Part shown: positions 1 to 12,400 of the stretch, piece by piece
How the letters are laid out: each line of letters opens with the position of its first letter
Numbering within the stretch: the first letter of the stretch is position 1
Assembly (NCBI GenBank): GCA_030141605.1
Contig: JAQGDQ010000203.1
Span: forward strand, 186,001-250,000
Direction of reading: 5' to 3'
Origin: Tubiluchus corallicola
Taxonomy: Eukaryota > Animalia > Priapulida
DNA length: 64,000 nt
Position numbers and translations under genes: made by a program
The notes under the pieces: model-generated
Database searches by the model: none
What the model saw: the letters and a program-made list of their open reading frames with translations, nothing else
What the model was told of the DNA's origin: nothing

Positions 1-492
1 AATAATTCTTTTTTTCCACTTCATTGCGTAGTTACTGCAAATAAATAGAAAAGAAAAGTGAAGCAATTTTATAAAGGTAAGCGATATGCAGCGATACTTG
101 ACAAAGTCAGGTAAATTGATAAGCAGAATTGGTCCTTGGTTTTTCAACGATCTTGGTTTTTCAACTCATTAGCAAAATGGTATTTGCTTCCAAAACTTAA
201 TTAAATTTTCGGAAATTCTTTGTTGAGAAGAAAATTGATAAGATAGAAAATTATATCTAGTAAGTAATAATCTCAATATCCTGGCTTTGGCTGGAGCAGA
301 TGTTGACCAATGGCCACTTGTGCAGGTTAATGATGATTTAGAAAACGTAACTTTCGAGATGCTGATCAGTTATACTTATTTTTTGTTTTATAATGTGTTC
401 TTACACCACAAACAAAACTTAAAACTGAGAAATGTTGAATGTCTTATAAATATGAAGCTGTTACATCTGCAACCTATCTGGTCCTGTTTCAG

Positions 493-3400
493 AATTGGGC
501 AAACCAGCTAAACAAAAGTCTGTTGAAGAAGTTGTGCTGCTCACCAGTGACAGTGATGACAGCCGCCCCACCTCTGAGGACTGGAGAAAGACTCTTGAGG
601 AAGAGATGGAGGACGAGGAAGAAGATGAAGAGGATGATGAAGAAGAGGAGGAGAGTGGTATGTAAATATGTTAATTGATTAATTAATTGATCAGATCTGT
701 AGCTTAAGTTTTAGTTTGTTTAGAAACATTAAATGCTTAATTTCTGTGAATAATATTATTAAGATTTTAAGCTTCTATCAGTGTAATTATTTTTAAAGCT
801 GATGTTATTGAGTTGAGCAGTTCGGACGATGAGGAGAAAAAGAAGAAGAAATCTGCCAAACCAAAAATGGAGAGTGAAGATGATGATGTGGTGGTGCTGA
901 CCAGTGATCATAGTGACCAGGTAAACTAAATGGAAAACATTGTTATTTCTTATAATAATCACTATAGTTACTAAGTAACAAAATCTTGTCAATCTCTTAA
1001 TACAGTAAGAGAAAGTAGTAGTTGTCAGACCTGTAGGATATGTAGAGAAGACACAGCTAAAGACACATTTCAGTTTCTACAAATTATTTGGATAATCAAA
1101 AATTGCACAACTAAACACGAACTCTACAGAACTGTTTTAAAGGGTGGTTTTGAAACCCTTTTTATGCACTTCTGTACCTGTACACTCCAAGACAGGACCT
1201 ACTCGATGCCAATATTTGTTGAGAGACCAGAATCTAGTTCACTATCAGGGATAATCCTTTAAGATGAGCTATTGAACCGGCAATGGTGTCTCAGCCATGT
1301 TCGAATGTGTTTCTGTCCTTCCTCAACAAAATAAACAGCCAAAGTCAGTGTAGAGAAGAGAATTGTCGAGAGCAAGTTCTGAATCCCCTAGCCATTTATC
1401 AACTTTGGAAGCGAGGAATATTTACGTGACCACTTGCCTGTTCACTCTGCCTCAAATACAATGACCTAAAATTATTTGTATTGTCTGTAAAACAATACAA
1501 ATTACGCCAAGCAGTGACTTACTTTTGCTTCATTTTTTCAGTAATTTAGGTATTATTAAAATAAAACTAACAGCAAACACCCACTTAAGTATTAGACATG
1601 GCTTTTATTCAGATACAACATCTGCTACATTTTGACAATTTAAGGTCATTTCAATCTACTTGAAAAATACAGGGTGAAAAAATTGGCAAAAATCAACATT
1701 GTGAGAAGTAAACAAGACAAATACTAAATTGTAAACTTACATGTCATTTGATACAAAGCCAAATGACAGAAAAAGTAAAGTTATGTTACTCCATCACAAT
1801 TCGTTCTCTGACCAAGGCTTATGGGTGATTACGAGAGAAACTTTTGCACAAAACGTGAATAACACTGTAAGTGGGCAGCTACAAGAACCACTTCAGATTA
1901 ATTCCAGAGGCAGAGATGAAAGTTGATCATTAAGCTCGGACTGAAGTTTTTTATCAGAGTTTCAAAAATGTGTAATAAAAGTTACTGTTTGCAGAATCTA
2001 AAATTTTGAAATTATCGAGTTTAAATGAGTATTGAGTTTGTGAACAGTGCTCAGGGATTGATGAGTGTTGTTCTGATTTCAGGCGTCTGCCAATAACAAG
2101 CAACCTGCTTCAATGTTCATATGTGCAAACTTCTAAGTGGTGTAATCTTTACCAATATAAATAATCTGCAGAACAGTATATGCATAAATCACTGAAGAAC
2201 GTAGTCGGTCTTTGAACCTGAAAAATTTGAAAAACGTACCATAGGGAGAAAATCTACCAAGGCCTTTATCAAAAATATACCCATTCCTACACATAAAGTC
2301 TGTATGCAGTTTCTTAATAAACTTATCAAATAATGTATTAGTTCGAACAGATATGGTAAACCTATGGATAAGAGTATCGGTATTTTTTTAACAACAATAA
2401 TAATAACTAGTTGACAATGTTTCTGACATGGTCAGAAATTGGAGATTTTGTAACAATAGTTATAAAATTGGGCCTTAAAGACGAAGAGATGACAATTTTT
2501 CTTGAAAGTGTTTATTTTTTTATTGAATTCACCTTGCTTGATATATGGGAAGTGCATTCCACAATGAAACATCAGCATTTAACTGTTCAGCCCATGTTCC
2601 ACAGATCAAAGGTCTACCAATCTTGGCATAACTTATATCATTCAGTTTGATATAAAACAAGCTACTTTTGGTGGACCCTGGAAGGCATTTGTCTCCTCGA
2701 CCCCAATTTTTTCTCTAACTGTGTCACAGAGTTAACGATTCACACTGTAACCTATACCATTCGATTTGCCTCTTCAAGACCTTACATTTGATATGCTACA
2801 AGGTACCATTGCTCAACATTTGGTGCACTTCTGTTTTCGACCCCCATTTTTCGGTTTTTACCCCCTACTGGGGCCAGAGGTCAACCAATCTCGACATAAC
2901 TTATACCATTTGGTTTGTCTCATTGAGACCTTTCATTTGATATGCTACGAGCTAGTTCCGGTCGACATTGGAAGGCATTTCTTTCCTCGACCCCTGTTTT
3001 GCCCCTTAGCAAGGTTGTGGGTTAATTGTTTTCATTGAAACCTATGCTGTTCGATCCGTCTCATCAAGACCTTTCATTTTTATGCTACACAGTACTATTC
3101 CCAGACACTTTATGCATTTCTGTTCCCAACCCCCATTTTTTGGTTTTTGCCTCCTAGCGGAAAATTTCCTCCCTCCAAATGAACCATAATCTGCTATATC
3201 CAACAACTTGGCCCCATCTAGCCACATACCAAATATTGTGGCCCTAGCTAAAAACTATAGGAGCAGATGTGGACCCTAAAGGAAAATAAATGAAGACATG
3301 CCCACTCCGTGACCGTTGACCCTTCAACTCTGGTCTCATCTATACATAGATAACTTTGCCCAGAGAGCATACCTATTTATAGAGTATACCCTGTGAGTTT

Positions 3401-6400
3401 TGTGTCCCTAGCCCTCAGCATGTAAAATGTTACAATTTTGCATTTTGGCCCTCCTTCAGGGGTTTAAAACTTGTCAGCTTTTTAAAACCTCAGGTGCACA
3501 TCTACCCCACAGTATGCAAATACTTGTAAAAAACCAAAAGACCTAGGAGGAGATGCGACCTAAAGTAAAACTGATCGATCCCCACTGCCCTTCCCCCTTG
3601 ACCAGCCTTAAAAATGAAGAAGTTTTTCTTGTAAGTGCTTATTTTCTTTTATTGAATTCGCCTTGCTTGAATACATGGGAAGTGCATTTCACAATGAAAC
3701 TTCAGCATTTAATTGTTCAGCCCATCACCCATAAGTCAAAGGTCAACCAATCTTGGCATAACTTACATCATTAAATTTGGCTCATTGAGACCTTTCATTT
3801 GATATACTACAAGCTACTTTGGAAGGCTTTTAAAAGGTCACAAATTGGGGGACCCCAAATTTTGCAGTTTGGCCCTTAAGGCGTTTAAAAATTGTCAGCT
3901 TCTCGAAACTGCAGTGCACACCTGCCCCACAGTACTCAAATACCTGTGAAAAAAATTTGGAAAGCCCTCAGAAGGGCTTTAATAATAATCATAAAGGAAA
4001 AACCTTTCATTTGATATGCTACATGGTACTATTCATAGGCACTCATTGCATTTTTGTTCCCGACCCTAATTTTTCAGTTTTTGTTCCTAACGGGCTCGCA
4101 GATTAGCTATTCTCATTGCAACCTATGTCATTCGATCTGCCTCATCGAGACCTTTCACTTGATATGCCACAAAGTATCGTTGCTCAAGACTCGCTGCACT
4201 TCTGTTCCCTAGTTCCGTTTTAGGGTTTTTGTCCCCTAGCAGTGTCTTGGGTTAGCTATTCTCATTGTAACCTATATCATTCGATCCACCTCATCGAGAC
4301 CTTTCATTTGATATGCTACAAAGTATCGTTGTTCAAGACTCGCTGCACTTCTGTTCCCTAGTTCCGTTTTAGGGTTTTTGTCCCCTAGCAGTGTCTTGGG
4401 TTAGCTATTCTCATTGTAACCTATATCATTCGATCCACCTCATCGAGACCTTTCATTTGATATGCTACAAAGTATCGTTGTTCAAGACTCGCTGCACTTC
4501 TGTTCCCTAGTTCCGTTTTAGGGTTTTTGTCCCCTAGCAGTGTCTTGGGTTAGCTATTCTCATTGTAACCTATATCATTCGATCCACCTCATCGAGACCT
4601 TTCATTTGATGTGCTACAAGGTACCTTTGCTCAACACTTGGTGCAATTCAGTTCCCGGCCCCCATTTTTTGGTTTTTGCCCCCTAGCAGAAAATTTTCCC
4701 ATATTTTGTGGTGTGCAAGGCCACGACACCACCTAACCACATACCAAATGTTGTCGCCCTAGCTCAAAGACTATGGGAGCAGATGGATCCTAAAGAAAAA
4801 TAAATGAAGACCCAGCCGCTCCCTGACCTTTGACCTGGCAACTCGGTCCACGTGTATATGTAGATGACTTTGCCCAGAGAGTGTACCCTGTGAGTTTTTT
4901 GTCCCTAGCCTTCAGCACGTAAAAGGTCACGAATTGGGGTCCCCAAATTTTGCATTTTGGCCCCTCACTCGGCATTTAAAGCTTGTCAGCTTTTTAAAAC
5001 CCCAGAGGCACACCTGCCCCACAGTGCCCAAGTACTTGTGGAAAAAATTTGGAAAGCCCTCAGAGGAGTTGAATCATAAAGGAAAAACTGACCTATGTCC
5101 ACTACTCTTCCTCTTGACCAGTGGTCAGTGGTTGGTATACTGTTGTACGTCCCCTGCCCAGGGCTACCAACCCTGTGAGTTTTGTCACCCTAGTTTACAA
5201 GATTTACGAGTTATTAAGCGTTAAAGTAGCGGAGAATAAGTAATAATAAATAAATACATAACTCAGTGAAAAACAGTAAGATCTTGCTATATATAGCAAA
5301 ATCTTAATAATACAAAATTTTTATTTACACAATTATTATTAGGGCAAAATGATTCTAAATACTATTTTGCCTTCAGACCGCAGAGGAGGATGAAGAAGAG
5401 GAAGCTGATGATCCTGCCAATAGTGGTTCCCATGTCAACGATGCATTCAATCAGCCGGACATTCTCGGTCGCGTTCTAGTCAATGTTGGTCATCCGCCAG
5501 ATGAACCTGACATATTCCTTGCTCCACAGTTAGCTCGTGCAGTCAAACCTCATCAGGTATTTGCATATATGCAATATACAAAACAAGTCCATTTTTCTTT
5601 TTTAAATTTATGCAGTTTTTGTTTTGGTAAGGTTTATACTTTTTTTATCCAAAAAGGTGCTCTAATTTCTTTATATATACGTGCTTATATTTTTTTTCAT
5701 ACTTGCTTAAAAGAGTTGTATAAGTTATATACTAAGCTTCATTCTAAGCTAACTACCCATTTAAAAGTCTTTGTCAGGCAGTTGACCGTTGTTGTTAACA
5801 AGTCCACTTATGTAACTATAGTTGTGCAGTTTATCAATAAATCAATATTAGTTAATTGCTTGAACAATGTTAATTTAGTCTGCATTTTTGTGTAGATTGG
5901 TGGTATTCGGTTTCTCTTTGACAATCTGATAGAATCAATCAACAGGTGCAAAACCAGCAATGGTTTTGGCTGCATTCTTGCTCACAGTATGGGTCTTGGT
6001 AAAACTTTGCAGGTAAGCTTGATACTATATGCTAGCTCAGTAATTTAGCATCATGATTTGATATTCAGTTGGTGTTATTTTTGTATGCAAGGTGCTCAAG
6101 TAAGATCACTGATCACATGAGGTAAAGTGCTAGAAAGCGAAGAAATGAATACATGTGCACAACTATAGAATCATTTAGATGATTTACTGGTGGTAGGTGA
6201 TAGTTTTCTTGAGTCAGAAGAGGTTGTAATTTTCAGAGAAATAAATTTGTAGTAGAGAATTGCACAGGTGGAAAGCCCAAGGTGTGAGGTCCTGAGAGCA
6301 TCTTCCTTAGAAGTACTGATAGGAGTGGCTTAATCTTGAATGAGCAAAGGACTTCATAGTTGACCCCAAATCAAACTCATCCAAATTGATTATGATATTG

Positions 6401-9400
6401 CGATATGTCAAATAGGTTAAGCTACTAAGCTAAGACAAGCTCGAATATGACTGCAATATTGTAAGCAAGGTTGAATGACTGCAATATTGTAAGCAAGAGT
6501 ATAGGACCAGGAGTTACATTTATGTGGTGGTACAGGCCCACGGATACAAGCCCACAATCACACAATGATTTATATATGTTATGTATTGTAGAGTTGTCTG
6601 TGTTCAAGCATGATACAGACGTTAAGGTTTACAGCAGACACTTATCTAGTGACACATTTACTAGATGAGCTTACAATGGCACTGAATGTACCAATGAAAG
6701 TGAATACTAGCCCATCATTACAGACTGCATGAAGCTTTGAACTTTTGTGTTTCGATAATTTAATTAGTTAGAACTATTACACTTCCCAAAATATCTGCTA
6801 GATAGGGATACTTATTGATTAATAAATATTAAGACACAAAGAGAACTCAGTCTTTACTCTTGATGATTTTGCTTGAGTCGATCCACATAGTGTGTTATAA
6901 ATAGTGGGGATGGTCCAAACGTTGTATGCTATAGGATCAAAATAGTTATATGACAATCATAAAAACAAACATTATACTTGCTTGAAATCATCTCTTTCTC
7001 TCAGTTTCTACATTAACTGTATTAAAGCTCTGTTCATGTTTTTTTAACACGTGTACTTTAAAGATCCACGGCTCAAATTCCAGTTGTCTATTATAAAAAT
7101 GTCAATGTTATTGACTCGAATCAACCCAGCTATTATCGATTATCAATAAATGTCATCACTGTTAGTCAACAGTTTAAACAAGGTACTCTACCTCAGTTTG
7201 AAGTGTTTTGTGATTATAAAACTTTAAATTCTGAAACTGCCTGGGTTTAAAATTGTCTTGTATGTCACTCCTTTTTAACAGTTCCCTTGTTAATAGGTGT
7301 CAATAAGGTCATTTATGTCTTTTCTATAGGTCATATCATTCATAGACATCTGCATACGCTATACAAATTGTCGTACTGTACTGTGTATCGTACCAGTCAA
7401 CACGCTACAGAATTGGATAGCTGAGTTTGATATCTGGTTACCAGCTGAGGCAAGCGAAGCTCCAGAAGAGGTGTTTACCCGGAAGTTCCCACTTTTATAT
7501 GTGAATGATGCGTGCCGGACAGTAGCTTCTAGAGCTAATGTTATACGTATGATTTTATCTGTACTTTCTCATAGAAATTTAGTTACTAGAGTTTTAGCAT
7601 TAACTTAATTACCTATATTTAGTGTTTGAAGAAATTTAATTACCTATATTCAAGGATTATTTTTAAATGTCTTTTTAGTTCCTCAATCTATAAACTTTTA
7701 CCTAGTCCTAGAGCAATAAGTTTGGCAGGTTGCTAAGTGTAACGTGTCTGCCACAGTTGATTTTTTTGAATTGCTGTTTAATTTGCTCTACCTCTTCATA
7801 TTATCATAAAGCAGCCTTGTATGCTTTTAAGATTCTTTTCTGTTTAACTGAATTAGTTGATGCCTCCTGCTTTTTATATTCATAGTAGTCCTGCCATGTA
7901 AACGCAGTATAGTTTAACTAGTAACACTATAGTACTGCTAGAACGAGAACCCAAACCAGTTATGTTGTATTGGGTTAGTATCTTAAATTGTAGACCATGC
8001 AACCTGAAATCACAGGTTTCTGTGATGAAATTCTGGTTGGGCCACAATTTTTCAGTACGTCCTTCATCAGTTAATTAGCTGTCGAATTAATTGTTATAAG
8101 AGTGTGATGTTTTTCTTAAAATGTACGTGTGTGCTGTGTGTGAATGTATCAATGGCAGATTTGCTAAGTTAGTAAAACTGTGGCTATAATCCAGTTGTTT
8201 AATGTTTATAATGTGTATATTCACAATGAGGTGACAGTGTCAGTTTGTTATTTTCTGTAAGTGTGTATAGATAATTGATATTCAGTTCATACCAAAAGTC
8301 TGTAACAGCATTACAAATTTAATGTATAGGTTAAAGAACTGTGAGTTTAACTTCCATTTCTAGAGAAATGGAGCAAAGATGGTGGCGTCCTGCTGGTAGG
8401 TTATGAGATGTATCGTCTCTTAGTCTCTAAAAACACGAAGATCACACGACGAGGGAGAAAGTCGAAGCTGGAAAAAGAGAAGGAAGAGCGAGAGAAGAAT
8501 GAAACCATGCTAGTTGATTTGGAAGAGGAAGAACGGACGACAGAACAGCTAAATGGTAATCAGTTTCATTGTGTTAATTATAAAGTTGATTTTTAGTTCA
8601 ACTTATGAATGTTTGTTGCAGAGGGAATTGTTTGTAACTTATTATTAGTATTTGCATTTTTCCCTCTACATTCTTGAAGATGAATTTACCTTAAAGAACA
8701 AAAAACCCTTTGGTTGTATGAATCTAAAAGAAATTCGTCTGTATCAACTAGGTATTGCCTTATTACACACACACCTTGCATTGGCAGCTACACTGCATTA
8801 AATGTGAAAATTTGAACTACCGAGATGACCACTAGGCGCAGCCATTTGAACGATAGGTCATATTCAAAAAGTTTAGTTAATGTTGTGCAAAATTTAGAAA
8901 AATAATCAGTGCATTCATAGGTCACATTCCACTAAACTAACTAAGCAAAAGTATAAATTACTGCATCTTGTTAATGAGATCAAAAGTAAGTTTTTTGCTG
9001 AGTCGGTGAACCCTGGGGAGATGAATCAGTGACATTTTACCAGCTGACAGGAACATTTTAAATTACTAATAATTTTCTTTTCTAGTTACATAAGTCTTTC
9101 AAGCAGGTAAGCTAAGTAATATAAGTGCAGAAAGTCGATTGGGACAGATTTTAAAATTGCTTTTCTTCCTCTTTAAGCTAACATTGTCATCTTTATTCCT
9201 TATGATTTCATGTGCAGTATTAGTTTTGTACCAATCATTCTGGCGATGAGTCAGGTAATTTTATTTTGTTACAGAATGTAAAAACTGCACATAATAGCTT
9301 CTAATTGTAAAACATGTAAACTTTTTGCTGATACAGTATTTTTATTCTTTACAGATATTGAATATGCTTTGATAAAACCTGGTCCTGACGTTGTTATTTG

Positions 9401-12400
9401 CGATGAGGGACACAGGATAAAGAATTGTTCTGCCAGCATTTCTCATGCTCTAAAAAATATTCGTTCAAGGTAATATTTGATTGGCTTGCCATTGCGGATT
9501 TAAATGTAGTTTAGTACTTATCAAATTGTATTTTTGTAAAGTGTAATCTGCATGTTAGCATGGCATTTCAAGCAAGCTTCTTAGCTTATGTTGGGTTGCA
9601 AGAATTTCTCAGTGTAGAAGTAGTTTTATTGTGTGTTCTCTGTGTTTTTGTCATTTGTTTGATTTTTCTTTCTTAGTTTAGACCAAGTTTAGATTTACTG
9701 GTTCATTAGTCAGCTATATATGTTTGTATATGTATATTTAGTGTTTACTAGATACTGGTGGCTTATTGTAAATGCTAATCGGTATGTGGGTGTGTAATAT
9801 GGATTTCTTATTTGAAGCATGAATCCCAAATAGGAGCAATGATGTATAGGAATACCTTAATTCATTTTTCGAATGTCGTGACTCATAAGCGTAATTGGTT
9901 AAGCTTTCAAATATTTCGTTGTTACAGTATAATAAGTTCCTTGCTGACGTAAATGAAAATGTGTCACTATAATAAACAATTTCTGCTGCTACTTAACCAA
10001 CTATCTGATTTTCATTTTTAGGCGTAGAGTTGTTTTAACCGGTTATCCTTTGCAAAACAATTTAATGGAGTACTACTGTATGGTTGATTTCGTGCGGCCA
10101 AATTTTCTCGGGACCAAAGCCGAGTTTACAAACATGTTTGAGAGGCCAATAGCTAATGGTCAGTGTGTGGACAGCACACCAGCTGATACAAGACTGATGC
10201 GATTTCGTTCGCATGTGCTCCACAGTTTACTCGAAGGATTCGTGCAGAGGTAGGCAGTTCACGCAGAGGTATCATCTCACAGTGTAGAGCTCTTTAAATG
10301 GAATAAGTGCCATGTTTGAAATCCTTCTGATTAAGTAAAGCAGCTAATTTTGATTAACCTCAAGTATAATTTTAAGCTTGTTTTAAATACAAATTTTTGG
10401 TTTTGGATTTGACTCATGGTATCTTGATTGGTTACAGTGAAGCATTATTCATTCTGTTTTATGTATACATAGTTGTGCCTAAGATAATGTAGTAAACTTG
10501 TTTCTGTTGGTTAATGTTTTATTTAAAATGAACATATTCGGTTGTATACTATTGTAGGCGCGGCCATTCAGTGTTACGCGCATGCCTGCCACCAAAAGAG
10601 GAACACGTACTACTTATCCCTCTTTCACCTATACAAAAAAGCTTGTATAAGGCTTTCATGATGGACTGTAATGCAGAATTGAATGGAGCAACCAAGCAGA
10701 TTAACCCTATCAAAGCTTTCTCTGTCTGCTGCAAGGTACAGTTTCAGATTTTTATGTATTCAGAGAAATTAGGCAGAATCAGTCATAAATTATACGTGAT
10801 TTTCAAGTTTAGAAGCAAAACAGTTTAACAATCTTATTAGTATCAGTTGATTGTACAATTTAATTTTTTTTAACTACCATTTTTAAGATTCTTAATAAAC
10901 CTGTTTCATAATTTTCCAAATATTGTCTAATAAAAAAGTAAAAAAGCTACTGTATGTTGGCATATGTTGGTCAAATCTGTTATGTGTATCTAACATTTAT
11001 AATTTTCAACAAAACCTCCATTTGAACTCACAAAGTGTTCAACTCTAACATACCTGTGCATTGAGTGCTATATTATTAGCAAACTTTTGTACTTTTTGTA
11101 ATTTTTTTTCGTTTGTCTTCATTAACTAAAGAGGAATTGCCAAGAGCTTAAAATTTTGTTAACTAAAGCAACAATGAGAATACCGGGTGTGTAGCAGGCA
11201 CTCATTTTTCAAGGAGATAAGCTTTAAATTTTGCGATGTGTTACTAGAACAGTCATTTGCAGTTTATTAATTAATTATATTCACGTTGTCAACTTTTCAT
11301 TTGCAAAAAATAATACATGTCATATGTATTTTTGACACAGTTTTGCACTACATTGTCATCTAAATATTTAGTGTTTTGTTTATTTAATTCTTAACGTAGA
11401 TATGGAACCATCCTGATATCTTATACAATGTGGTAAAGAAGAAACTCATGGATGATATGGATTTGGATTTGCCGGAATGGCCTCAGCCCGAAGGCAACAC
11501 AGCAAGTCCAGTTGCAAAGCGACGAGGAAGGCCACCAAAAAATATTTGTAAGTAAACAGTTTCTGTCCTGAAGTGACTGTAATTGTGGCTTTTAACCATA
11601 ATATGTTTAACAGTAAAGTTCCTTGCATTATATCTTTTTTTGAATTTTGAACTATGAGAGTCCTTTTGTGGGACTTGTTGTAGTAACAAATTTTTCTTAA
11701 ATATAAATTATTAGAAGGCTTAACAGTATAGGCACATATTTAGGAAACTTTTTATTAAATAGAGCTCTTTACCCATGGGGCAAGAAGAATAGCCAAACAC
11801 TTACATTGTTTGCTTAGCAGCCAAAGTTAAACCACTCTAAGCCTCATCAGTAAATGGACGGCTGAACCCAGAAAAATTCTAGATGGTTTTAAATTGCCAT
11901 ACTGCTCCCAACTGTTTACTTCATTGTAGAGGCATACATATGTATGGGAATATGACTGAGATGCCTTTGATAAGACATCACCAGAAAGTTATCTTTGGTA
12001 ATGAGGTAGGTTCCAGCCCCCCCCCCCCCCATTACCATTTACAATGAGTAAGCCTTGCTGGATTTCAGTTGGGGTGTACAGAACTGTGTAAAAATGCTAG
12101 CTTATAGAGAAGACCCCATTGAGCAGTTGCTACGAACAACTCTGTGTGACTAAATGTTACTTCTATGCTTTTGGGTAGTTTAGTTTGTAGGAAGAAATAC
12201 TAACATGCTTCATGCTTTTGCAACAGCTAAAGCTTTAGCAACAGTTAAAGGAGGGTGGTATTTATATTTATAAATAACGTCATCAAAATCAGTTGGCATA
12301 ACATTATGGGTGTAGTGCATCACTATTATGTCACATGATGTATAATGTCTTATTCTAGAGCATGTGTAGCTGTGTTTAATTACTAAATAAATCTGCCAAT

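Noticed and set aside
32-76. Possible upstream RAD54L2 micro-exon ending at AAAG/GTAAGC (76/77)
   Set aside because: The best acceptor (31/32) gives stops in all frames. A 28-nt version from 49 is open and phase-compatible but has a poor polypyrimidine tract, so it cannot be supported.
4143-4625. Regularly spaced repeats resembling a CRISPR array
   Set aside because: The whole 149-bp unit is repeated with no unique spacers, the context is a eukaryotic intron, and there are no cas genes.
2411-5224. Short ORFs (61-96 aa) within the repeat element
   Set aside because: They are not conserved in frame between the duplicated modules and show no transposase or Rep/helicase motifs.
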